57,371 nt of DNA from a virus (taxonomy: Duplodnaviria; Caudoviricetes), in the IMG/VR virus record IMGVR_UViG_3300022201_000072, positions 1 to 57,371 of that record; one strand, 5' to 3'. Numbering within the stretch: position 1 is the first letter of the stretch; each line of letters begins with the position of its first letter. Below, piece by piece: positions 1 through 6,537 of the stretch. Below the pieces are notes generated by a model. The model searched no databases. It saw nothing but the letters and a program-made list of their open reading frames with translations, and had not been told where the DNA came from. The position numbers and the translations under genes were made by a program.

Positions 1-26
1 GAAAAAGAAAAAAAAAAAAAAAAATA

Positions 27-335
27 CTACAACATTTCTTTTGTTTCCGGCTCCACTTTTTCTGGCGTCTTCTTTTTCTTAATTTTTGGCACAGGTTTTG
101 AAAATAAAGTATTTTTGGTTATATCCGATTCTAACCAGTCGAATCTCGAAATAGGGATGCCGATTTCAGCGCTTGCCGCTTCTAATTTCCTCGCCAGATC
201 TCTATTACACCGACGTCCGCGTAAGATGTCATTAAGATACTGCTTAGATATTCCGGCATGCTCCGCAATCCTGGTCTTTTGTCCCCTTACCCACTCCGGT
301 CTCTTAAACTTCTTTAACTTACTGTTTTTCTTCAT
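27..335 (-). CDS. Cro/XRE-like helix-turn-helix regulator
   Basis: HTH-like segment KTRIAEHAGISKQYLNDILRGRR; AGAGG RBS upstream; divergent from the early region and, across the circular junction, directly upstream of the primase-helicase. Confidence 0.75.
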   Translation of the reverse strand: MKKNSKLKKFKRPEWVRGQKTRIAEHAGISKQYLNDILRGRRCNRDLARKLEAASAEIGIPISRFDWLESDITKNTLFSKPVPKIKKKKTPEKVEPETKEML

Positions 336-380
336 TATTGCCTCTTTTAAGATGTTATAAAATTACTATATAGCATGCTA

Positions 381-409
381 ACCATACATGCTAAAATACG
401 AAATGTCAA
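381..409 (-). promoter_or_regulatory. Leftward sigma70-type promoter for the HTH/primase operon
   Basis: TTGACA (409-404), 17 bp, TATGGT (386-381); palindrome TAGCATGCTA at 371-380 just downstream. Confidence 0.55.
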
Positions 410-483
410 TCCGTTTATTTACGAGTTTTTACAGCCTCAACGCCTGTGTGCGACTACGTTTATAGGCATTATAACAAATAATT

Positions 484-572
484 AAAATAATGCTTGACAT
501 AGTACGCAACTGAGCATACTATTAGATACAACAACACGCAAAAACATTAACCTGAGCCGGTATATTAAAATG
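484..572 (+). promoter_or_regulatory. Promoter-operator cassette copy R1
   Basis: AAAATAATGC-TTGACA(494-499)-N17-TACTAT(517-522); palindrome ATAGTACGC-aactga-GCATACTAT; AAAACATTAA leader; ATG at 570. Confidence 0.9.
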
Positions 573-797
573 AAACAGCTAAGATGTGAGTTGGTAAAAA
601 ACGGCATGTACGTAGAACACTTTAGTCTTATTGATGATTGGGAATCGAAAGTAAAAGAATGGGTAAAGAAAATAGATCCTGAAAAAGGGACTAAGCTGCT
701 TATGTATATGTCAGAATCAAATGCTTGTTTTACAAAAACGACTGTGCTTGTAAACGGCGAATATGTAATGGTCCCTGATAAAATAATAATCATTTAA
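570..797 (+). CDS. Hypothetical early protein (75 aa)
   Basis: ORF starts at the end of R1; its TAA overlaps the start of R2. Confidence 0.7.
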   Translation: MKQLRCELVKNGMYVEHFSLIDDWESKVKEWVKKIDPEKGTKLLMYMSESNACFTKTTVLVNGEYVMVPDKIIII

Positions 798-895
798 AAT
801 AATGCTTGACATAGTACGCAACTAAGCATACTATTAGATACAACAACACGCAACAACACGCAAAAACATTAACCCGAACCAGGAGAAACCAAATG
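796..895 (+). promoter_or_regulatory. Promoter-operator cassette copy R2
   Basis: TTGACA 806-811, TACTAT 829-834, core aactaa, duplicated CAACAACACG, AGGAG RBS, ATG at 893. Confidence 0.9.
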
Positions 896-1045
896 AAAAA
901 GCTTGATTATGATGCGTTAAAATTGATGCCGATTAAAAATAAAATTTTGTACATTCGATTTCTCATTAAAACGTACGGTTTTAGAGGTGTCTGTCTTCTA
1001 CCCTCTGATAAACGAAATCTCATTTGGCTAATTGCAACTATCTAA
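893..1045 (+). CDS. Small hypothetical protein (50 aa, MKKLDYDALKLMPIKNK...), not in the ORF track
   Basis: Hand-translated; AGGAG RBS from R2; TAA at 1043-1045. Confidence 0.65.
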   Translation: MKKLDYDALKLMPIKNKILYIRFLIKTYGFRGVCLLPSDKRNLIWLIATI

Positions 1046-1063
1046 CTCAAACCAGGAAAACAG

Positions 1064-1192
1064 ATGTATTTCAGAGTATTTTTAAATGATGGAAAAATAA
1101 CAGTCTCTTTAGACTGCGATGTTTGGGATGAATTTGACAATATACAGGACGCTTTAAATTTTATTTATGAGTGGTCTTTACTTTCAGAATAG
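1064..1192 (+). CDS. Small acidic hypothetical protein (42 aa, MYFRVFLNDGKITVSLD...), not in the ORF track
   Basis: Hand-translated; AGGA RBS; ends just before R3. Confidence 0.6.
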   Translation: MYFRVFLNDGKITVSLDCDVWDEFDNIQDALNFIYEWSLLSE

Positions 1193-1197
1193 TATTG

Positions 1198-1292
1198 AAA
1201 AATAATGCTTGACATAGTACGCAACTAAGCATACTATTAGATACAACAACACACAAAACATTAACTTTAAACCAAACCTGGAGCATAAAATG
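1198..1292 (+). promoter_or_regulatory. Promoter-operator cassette copy R3
   Basis: TTGACA 1209-1214, TACTAT 1232-1237, core aactaa, GGAG RBS, ATG at 1290. Confidence 0.9.
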
Positions 1293-1562
1293 ATAACACT
1301 TAACGAAGTTACTCAAAGACAAGACAATGCTAATTTTAACACTTACAAAAGATGTGATTGGGCCGGTACTTTTGACGCAATGACAGATGAAGAGAAAGCA
1401 GGATTGAAAGAACGATTAGACAGGCTGGAAAACATTGAAGAGAACGGTGATTTTGACGCACTTTGCGTTAAAGCGGACGGTTTCTCAGATAGCGAGTATG
1501 AAGAGTTCAGTGGAATGGATTTAGCGGACGAACTTATCATTCTGAGAGGCTTTTTTAACTAA
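1290..1562 (+). CDS. Very acidic hypothetical protein (90 aa)
   Basis: ORF under R3; D/E-rich composition. Confidence 0.75.
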   Translation: MITLNEVTQRQDNANFNTYKRCDWAGTFDAMTDEEKAGLKERLDRLENIEENGDFDALCVKADGFSDSEYEEFSGMDLADELIILRGFFN

Positions 1563-1569
1563 CCTAAAA

Positions 1570-1585
1570 GCCGGCATAGTCCGGC
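1570..1585 (+). terminator. GC hairpin after the acidic ORF (possible terminator or processing site)
   Basis: GCCGG-catagt-CCGGC; no clear U-tract. Confidence 0.3.
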
Positions 1586-1629
1586 ACAACCCATAAATTT
1601 AAATCTAACCTAATTTGAGGGGGTAAAAA

Positions 1630-2097
1630 ATGGATAAGCGCGTAATAAATTATAGATTCGTCGTGAATGACTCTTTTTGTCATCCGTGGGAACCTATGCC
1701 AGAAATAAAAGGAACTGATATTGGATCATTGATTGATTACCTTAAAATCTGTTCTGCTTATAAAGATACGTTAGGAGAACTTTGGAACCCGTCAAGATTA
1801 AAACTTGGTAATACGTGGGATAAACACATAGTGGCTTATGGAGAAAGGCAACAGTTCTATTTACCGACTGCGCCAAAAGAAAGTGATTTTTGTGTTCCCA
1901 AAAAAATGGGCGTCGAATGTTGCGGCGAGATCATAGAAGTTTACGAAGATTGGGGCTACGGTGTCTGTGCTGATATAGGATATGTATTGTACTGCGAAAA
2001 GTGCGGTAGACACACAAATGATATAAGCGGGGCTACGCTGAAATCACCACAAGCGGCTTTAGATAGGTGGGGTATTTGGCATTCAATCAAAAAGTGA
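1630..2097 (+). CDS. Hypothetical protein with C-terminal Zn-ribbon-like Cys motifs (Lar-like spacing)
   Basis: GAGGGG RBS; ECCG...CEKCG...AALDRW. Confidence 0.7.
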   Translation: MDKRVINYRFVVNDSFCHPWEPMPEIKGTDIGSLIDYLKICSAYKDTLGELWNPSRLKLGNTWDKHIVAYGERQQFYLPTAPKESDFCVPKKMGVECCGEIIEVYEDWGYGVCADIGYVLYCEKCGRHTNDISGATLKSPQAALDRWGIWHSIKK

Positions 2098-2106
2098 AAT
2101 TAATTT

Positions 2107-2201
2107 AAAATAATGCTTGACATAGTATGCTTAGTTGCATACTACTAGATACAACAGCAGTCAAAAACATTAACTTTAAACCTAACCTGGAGCATAAAAT
2201 G
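2107..2201 (+). promoter_or_regulatory. Promoter-operator cassette copy R4 (inverted core)
   Basis: TTGACA 2117-2122; ATAGTATGC-ttagtt-GCATACTAC; ttagtt is the reverse complement of the R2/R3 core aactaa; ATG at 2199. Confidence 0.9.
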
Positions 2202-2897
2202 AAAAAGCAAATCAGAGTCCGAACAAAAACCGCAGCCGCTGAAATTTCAGGAAATTGGAGCGTTGCAAAAGATTTCTTTCCACATATTGAAGTCAATCAA
2301 AAAACCGGCTATGTGAAAGTTGAATGTTATGAGACAAACGGCTATCAGCCAAAAGCAAGTGTGTCCTTGAACTGGATCAAAGTCGATACGAAATTAAATT
2401 CAACGTTTATCAGAGGCGAAGTTAGCTGTAGAAATTTCAAGCACGGCAAAGTTTCCGGTTCACAACAATTTTGTTATGCGATCTTCGAAGGTGATTCCGG
2501 CCACATATACACACATAGAGCGCCTGCGACGAAAGGGTGGATGAATGCAAAACCTCAAGAAATCAGAAAAAGACTGAGGAAATTGGGCGTGGGCGTTGAA
2601 AAAGTGGCAGTTCAACAAGGCGATTTTCTGTTAAAATCAGCGTTCAACGTACCGAATGTTCCAGCTGATTCTGAGTTCGAACATGAAACGATGGGTTCCG
2701 GCAATCACAAATTTCTTTCCCCGATTCTCTACGCTTATAAAGATGGTAAAAGATTCTATTACGTGAAAGATGAACCAGTTATGCTGGTACACACGGCAGT
2801 TGACGGCATAAAGCACCCTGACCAGATCGTGGAGCCGGGAAAGTACGTTGTTGGGACAACAGCAAATAGCCTCCGCCATTCGAATTATAAAGATTGA
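2199..2897 (+). CDS. Hypothetical protein with C-terminal QGD...GxH...HxD/E domain
   Basis: True start at 2199 after GGAG (the track start at 2127 lies inside R4); QQGDF, GSGNH, KHPDQIVEPGKYVV resemble a widespread phage QGD/His family. Confidence 0.75.
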   Translation: MKKQIRVRTKTAAAEISGNWSVAKDFFPHIEVNQKTGYVKVECYETNGYQPKASVSLNWIKVDTKLNSTFIRGEVSCRNFKHGKVSGSQQFCYAIFEGDSGHIYTHRAPATKGWMNAKPQEIRKRLRKLGVGVEKVAVQQGDFLLKSAFNVPNVPADSEFEHETMGSGNHKFLSPILYAYKDGKRFYYVKDEPVMLVHTAVDGIKHPDQIVEPGKYVVGTTANSLRHSNYKD

Positions 2898-2990
2898 AAA
2901 TAATGCTTGACACAGTACGCTAGGTTGCGTACTGTTAGATACAACAACACACAAACATTAACTTTAAACATAACTCTGAGAGATAAAATG
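2897..2990 (+). promoter_or_regulatory. Promoter-operator cassette copy R5
   Basis: TTGACA 2907-2912; perfect ACAGTACGC-taggtt-GCGTACTGT; ATG at 2988. Confidence 0.9.
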
Positions 2991-3242
2991 GAAACGACAG
3001 TTGAAGGCTATGAAATAATATGCTGTGAAACGCTGTACTTAATCGTCAGACATCGAGGCAAATACGCGCTGTATGATGATAAAAACAACTCAATTGTGGA
3101 TGGAGAATGGTTCAAGACGTTCAAAGAGGTTGGCTTTTTCAACGCTGCGCTTGAAAGCATGGCTCTTTTTTCACTATCAATTGACGAACTAGATCAAGTC
3201 CTAGATCAAGTCATTGATCTTAACGACTGTATAGGAGATTAA
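2988..3242 (+). CDS. Hypothetical acidic protein (84 aa)
   Basis: Start reassigned to 2988 at the end of R5. Confidence 0.7.
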   Translation: METTVEGYEIICCETLYLIVRHRGKYALYDDKNNSIVDGEWFKTFKEVGFFNAALESMALFSLSIDELDQVLDQVIDLNDCIGD

Positions 3243-3345
3243 AATGGTAAAGGGTATATAGCCCCCGACGAGAAATATAAAGAAATGGTCAAAATATGGC
3301 GTTTGTGTAAGAAGCACGGAATCCAAACGCCAAATGAATTAATCA

Positions 3346-3434
3346 AAAATAATGCTTGACACAGTACGCAATAGAGAGTACTAATAAATATAACAGCAGT
3401 CAAAAACATTAATTCTAACTTGGAGAGTAAAATG
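3346..3434 (+). promoter_or_regulatory. Promoter-operator cassette copy R6
   Basis: TTGACA 3356-3361; ACAGTACGC-aataga-GAGTACTAA; GGAG RBS; ATG at 3432. Confidence 0.85.
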
Positions 3435-3569
3435 GACCTCGGACTAATCGAAATCAAAAACACGTATCAAGCCTTGCAAATGGTTGACAAGAAACAATAT
3501 TGGAGAGATTGGGCTATCATCGCTCAAGTCAGAGAACAATATCGCGAATACCAGCATATGTGGAGTTGA
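3432..3569 (+). CDS. Small hypothetical protein (45 aa, MDLGLIEIKNTYQ...), not in the ORF track
   Basis: Hand-translated; first gene under R6. Confidence 0.65.
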   Translation: MDLGLIEIKNTYQALQMVDKKQYWRDWAIIAQVREQYREYQHMWS

Positions 3570-3571
3570 TA

Positions 3572-3745
3572 GTGGATACGAACAAACTACTCGATATTAT
3601 GAGCGACGACTCTTTGAGTGACGAAGAGCGCATCAAAGCGTCAAAGCAGTATATCAAGGAGCTTTCAAAAAACAAACCCAATCGTAAGCCATTGACTACA
3701 CGCGGTAAAGATTGGAATGTTCATGATAACTTTCCAAAAGGATAA
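3572..3745 (+). CDS. Hypothetical protein (57 aa)
   Basis: GTG start at 3572 after GGAG, same frame as track ORF 3500..3745. Confidence 0.55.
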   Translation: MDTNKLLDIMSDDSLSDEERIKASKQYIKELSKNKPNRKPLTTRGKDWNVHDNFPKG

Positions 3746-3749
3746 TAAA

Positions 3750-3917
3750 ATGGGCCACGGATTAGAAGAGTTTGAAGAGAGTGAGAAGTTTTTAACCGAA
3801 TACCGTGAAATATTAGATAAAGTTACAATTAAAACGATGTTAATCGCGTTCGCGTGGTGGACGCAAGGCCGATTTACAGAAGCGAGAGAGTTGATGACCG
3901 GGGGTGACGCGAAATGA
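3750..3917 (+). CDS. Hypothetical protein
   Basis: AGGA RBS, ATG at 3750; ATGA coupling to the next gene. Confidence 0.55.
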   Translation: MGHGLEEFEESEKFLTEYREILDKVTIKTMLIAFAWWTQGRFTEARELMTGGDAK

Positions 3918-4234
3918 AAGTAAAGGAAAAAGTATCAACAATTGTCTATGAAGTTATAGAACAGTCGGAGAATTACTATATTTGCCATGGGGCTAATGAT
4001 CAAGTGCGTGTATTTAAAAAAGAAGACTGTGAGATTTTACCAGCGGAGGTATGGATAGCGCGTGATAGCTCCGGTGACATCGCTTTTTTCTCCCAAAAAC
4101 CTTACGCTAAATTTGGCGTATTTAACAGCCAAACTCACGAAAAAGTGCATATCAATGACGAAGATATGTTATTTGACTGGGTTACATATCTATACTCACC
4201 TGTAAAACTAACAGAGACGCGAAATGAAACGTAA
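3914..4234 (+). CDS. Hypothetical phage protein with WIARDxxG motif
   Basis: WIARDSSGDIAFFSQKP matches a common small phage-domain pattern. Confidence 0.7.
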   Translation: MKVKEKVSTIVYEVIEQSENYYICHGANDQVRVFKKEDCEILPAEVWIARDSSGDIAFFSQKPYAKFGVFNSQTHEKVHINDEDMLFDWVTYLYSPVKLTETRNET

Positions 4235-4454
4235 AGAACTTGTTAATGTTAATCGCACTATCGTAATTCGAGAAGAATCAGACGAAGAATACCCTCTATC
4301 CGTTTCTCACGTAAAAGTATATAACGACACTGAGCAATTGGAAGATTACTTTCTTGTAGAAGAAGGAAATGAGGAATGGTGTTTAAGGCTATTAAAAAAC
4401 GAAGCCTTACAATTAGCTGCAGCGATTCAGCAACTCCTGAAGGAGGGGAAATGA
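4224..4454 (+). CDS. Hypothetical acidic protein
   Basis: ORF overlapping its neighbours in a tightly packed operon. Confidence 0.65.
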   Translation: MKRKELVNVNRTIVIREESDEEYPLSVSHVKVYNDTEQLEDYFLVEEGNEEWCLRLLKNEALQLAAAIQQLLKEGK

Positions 4455-4639
4455 CCGTATATTATTACAAATGCAAGAGTTGTCATGATGGCGTCCCGTG
4501 CCGATTAATCATTGAAATTGAAGACGACGATAAAATAAACGCGCCAATCTCATGTGTATACAATCATGCTTTTTGTGATTGGAAAGTAGATACAGAGCCG
4601 CCTTTTATCCGTAAAAACGACAGTGAAGAGGAAAAATAA
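4451..4639 (+). CDS. Small Cys-rich hypothetical protein
   Basis: GGAGG RBS, ATG at 4451; CKSC...PC...SC...FC. Confidence 0.65.
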   Translation: MTVYYYKCKSCHDGVPCRLIIEIEDDDKINAPISCVYNHAFCDWKVDTEPPFIRKNDSEEEK

Positions 4640-4865
4640 ATGAAAACAAATGAAGAAGTTAACACAGTACGAAAGTTTCAAATAGGGGCCAACACATTTC
4701 TTATCGAAGAAAAAAAACGTTAAATGGTTGGAAGAGATTGACAATGAGTTTTTTATTGACACTCAACTCAAATACACTATTAAAAACGGAGATAGTCAAA
4801 TTAGGCTATGCAATATGCTACTGCTACGGGACGCCTTAAACTCAATAATCGAGGAGGATGAATAA
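4640..4865 (+). pseudogene. Small gene frameshifted in an A8 run (or homopolymer error)
   Basis: Removing one A at 4710-4717 gives a continuous 74-aa ORF that fills the gap between neighbours. Confidence 0.55.
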
Positions 4866-4870
4866 AAAAG

Positions 4871-5044
4871 ATGGAATCTAAAACAGACCGATTAAAACGA
4901 CTGAATGACAAAGCTAACAAGATAGTTGAAACCTACGCGCATAGGATCGGCCACGTACTCGTGTGGACTCCGAAAGAGAAAAAAATTGAATACGATAATC
5001 TTCTTGATCAGATCGGCGAATTGATGGAAGGGGCAGAAGAATGA
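4871..5044 (+). CDS. Hypothetical protein (57 aa), not in the ORF track
   Basis: Hand-translated; ATGA coupling to 5041. Confidence 0.6.
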   Translation: MESKTDRLKRLNDKANKIVETYAHRIGHVLVWTPKEKKIEYDNLLDQIGELMEGAEE

Positions 5045-5313
5045 GAGATTTCGAATTTTACTCAAATGATTTTTGTAAAAAAATGAGGGTATCTGACTAC
5101 CTAAAACGTCTACTATGCTTGGTGATTGATGAAGTTGAAAACTTCAATGGTAAAAGGCCATTCGGTAATTCTGGGTGGCTATATGATATATACAGCGACA
5201 TGATAAAGCTAAAGTTAGTAGACGGTAAAATGGATGATCATGGATATGTTGAAGAATTAGACTGCAAAAAAGCAGACGAACTTTTAATGGAACTTATTAT
5301 GGGGCTGGAATGA
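5041..5313 (+). CDS. Conserved phage hypothetical protein (FxGKRPFGNSGW family)
   Basis: Motif FNGKRPFGNSGWLYDIY recalled from many phage genomes; function unknown. Confidence 0.75.
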   Translation: MRDFEFYSNDFCKKMRVSDYLKRLLCLVIDEVENFNGKRPFGNSGWLYDIYSDMIKLKLVDGKMDDHGYVEELDCKKADELLMELIMGLE

Positions 5314-5474
5314 CGAAGCATTACGCCTTAAGGCTTGAGGATGAAAAAAAATCCTGTGTTTATGATCTGGAATCCGTTGTAGAATTCCTGCATGACGCCG
5401 AAAAAGGAGAACGGTTTTTTATCTCTGTTGTTGAAGTCGAAGAAACTGAACTTGAAATTTTACCAGGAAAATAA
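5310..5474 (+). CDS. Hypothetical protein (54 aa), not in the ORF track
   Basis: Hand-translated; ATGA coupling. Confidence 0.6.
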   Translation: MTKHYALRLEDEKKSCVYDLESVVEFLHDAEKGERFFISVVEVEETELEILPGK

Positions 5475-5476
5475 AA

Positions 5477-5890
5477 ATGATGAAAAAAAAGGTATGTAAG
5501 CATTTTAACGGGGTCTATTCATCGGGCATGGAATATGGTGTTTGTGAAAAAGGCGTAGGCTACAGGCATCTTGTAGGCGGTGAAGATTTCGGTTGGTCGA
5601 AAAGAATCCCTTGTTTTAAAAAGCATGAGACAGAGGTTGCTTGTGAGATGTATTCTGAGCCGACAGAAGAAGATCTGATGAAAGCAGCGAAGGAAGAGGA
5701 AGAATGGATGGTCTGTTTTAAAAAGCAGGTTAACCTAATGTCTGATATTAAAAAAAATAATAAGTGGGGGGAAATCGGGGAAGACATTTGCCCCATCTGT
5801 AACAATAAAATTCATTGGTCAATTTCAAAATTTAACGGGCATCTTTATTTAGTATGCGAAACTAAAGGATGCATCTGTGTTATGGAGTAG
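5477..5890 (+). CDS. Cys/His-rich putative Zn-binding protein (paralog A)
   Basis: CKHFNG..CEKG..PCF..C..CPIC..NGH..CETKGC; paralog of 9048..9434. Confidence 0.8.
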   Translation: MMKKKVCKHFNGVYSSGMEYGVCEKGVGYRHLVGGEDFGWSKRIPCFKKHETEVACEMYSEPTEEDLMKAAKEEEEWMVCFKKQVNLMSDIKKNNKWGEIGEDICPICNNKIHWSISKFNGHLYLVCETKGCICVME

Positions 5891-5891
5891 A

Positions 5892-6138
5892 ATGATGAAA
5901 GATAAAGAACTTAAAAGCATGAGAGAACTTTATGAAATTAGAGGAATGGAGCTAAAAAAAAAGCAAATCATGCCATAATTGCCAGTATAAATTAATCATA
6001 ATAGGCTCCCAAATAGAATACAGCGATTATGGACGAAGCAGCATGATAACGCAGGAGAATTTTTGCAATTCACACAATGAGGTAATCCCGTACATGTATG
6101 ACGGTAATGCGTATTGTTACAGACATCGGCATAAGTAA
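5892..6138 (+). pseudogene. Small Cys-containing gene frameshifted in an A9 run (or homopolymer error)
   Basis: Removing one A at 5954-5962 gives an 81-aa ORF containing SCHNCQY...FCNSH...YCYRH. Confidence 0.55.
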
Positions 6139-6208
6139 AAAAAGATACAATGAACGAAACTGATATGCTGATTGAGGAATTCAGCGAATTGATGGAGGAA
6201 GAAGAAGA

Positions 6209-6457
6209 GTGGAATTAAAAAATGGAACTGAAAAATTGGATGAAAAACTTGATAGATTGATGAGGCTTGATAAACTGTCCGAATTAATCAATAGAATAGA
6301 TAATCATTGTTGCGCGTTAAATCTCGATATACCGGACAATATCCATTACGACGTACTAAAGCTCCATTACGACGCAATAAAGTCTGCACTGCCAGATGTA
6401 CGGGACGAACTTAAATCGATCTATCTTGAGATGGGCGGTGAAAATCATTGGAAATAG
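6209..6457 (+). CDS. Hypothetical helical protein
   Basis: ORF whose TAG lies within the start of R7. Confidence 0.65.
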   Translation: MELKNGTEKLDEKLDRLMRLDKLSELINRIDNHCCALNLDIPDNIHYDVLKLHYDAIKSALPDVRDELKSIYLEMGGENHWK

Positions 6458-6537
6458 TGCTTGACAAGGTACGCAATAGAGCGTACTGTTAAGTACAACC
6501 TATTTAATTTAATCAAAAAAACCTGGAGATAAAAATG
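6452..6537 (+). promoter_or_regulatory. Promoter-operator cassette copy R7 (diverged)
   Basis: TTGACA 6461-6466, TACTGT 6484-6489; GTACGC-aataga-GCGTAC; CCTGGAG RBS; ATG at 6535. Confidence 0.85.

Noticed and set aside
1-24. Poly-A/poly-T termini as biological terminal repeats
   Set aside because: More consistent with low-quality read ends across a circular overlap
484-3434. CRISPR array interpretation of the repeats
   Set aside because: Units are ~90 bp and contain promoter and RBS; the intervening DNA is 220-810 bp of coding sequence; no cas operon
482-3463. Minus-strand ORFs ending in LCQALF (482..793, 2105..2296, 2637..2954, and similar in 3239..3463) and N-terminal extensions at 2127 and 2907
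   Set aside because: Artefacts of translating the repeated promoter cassette; real starts follow the GGAG at the cassette end
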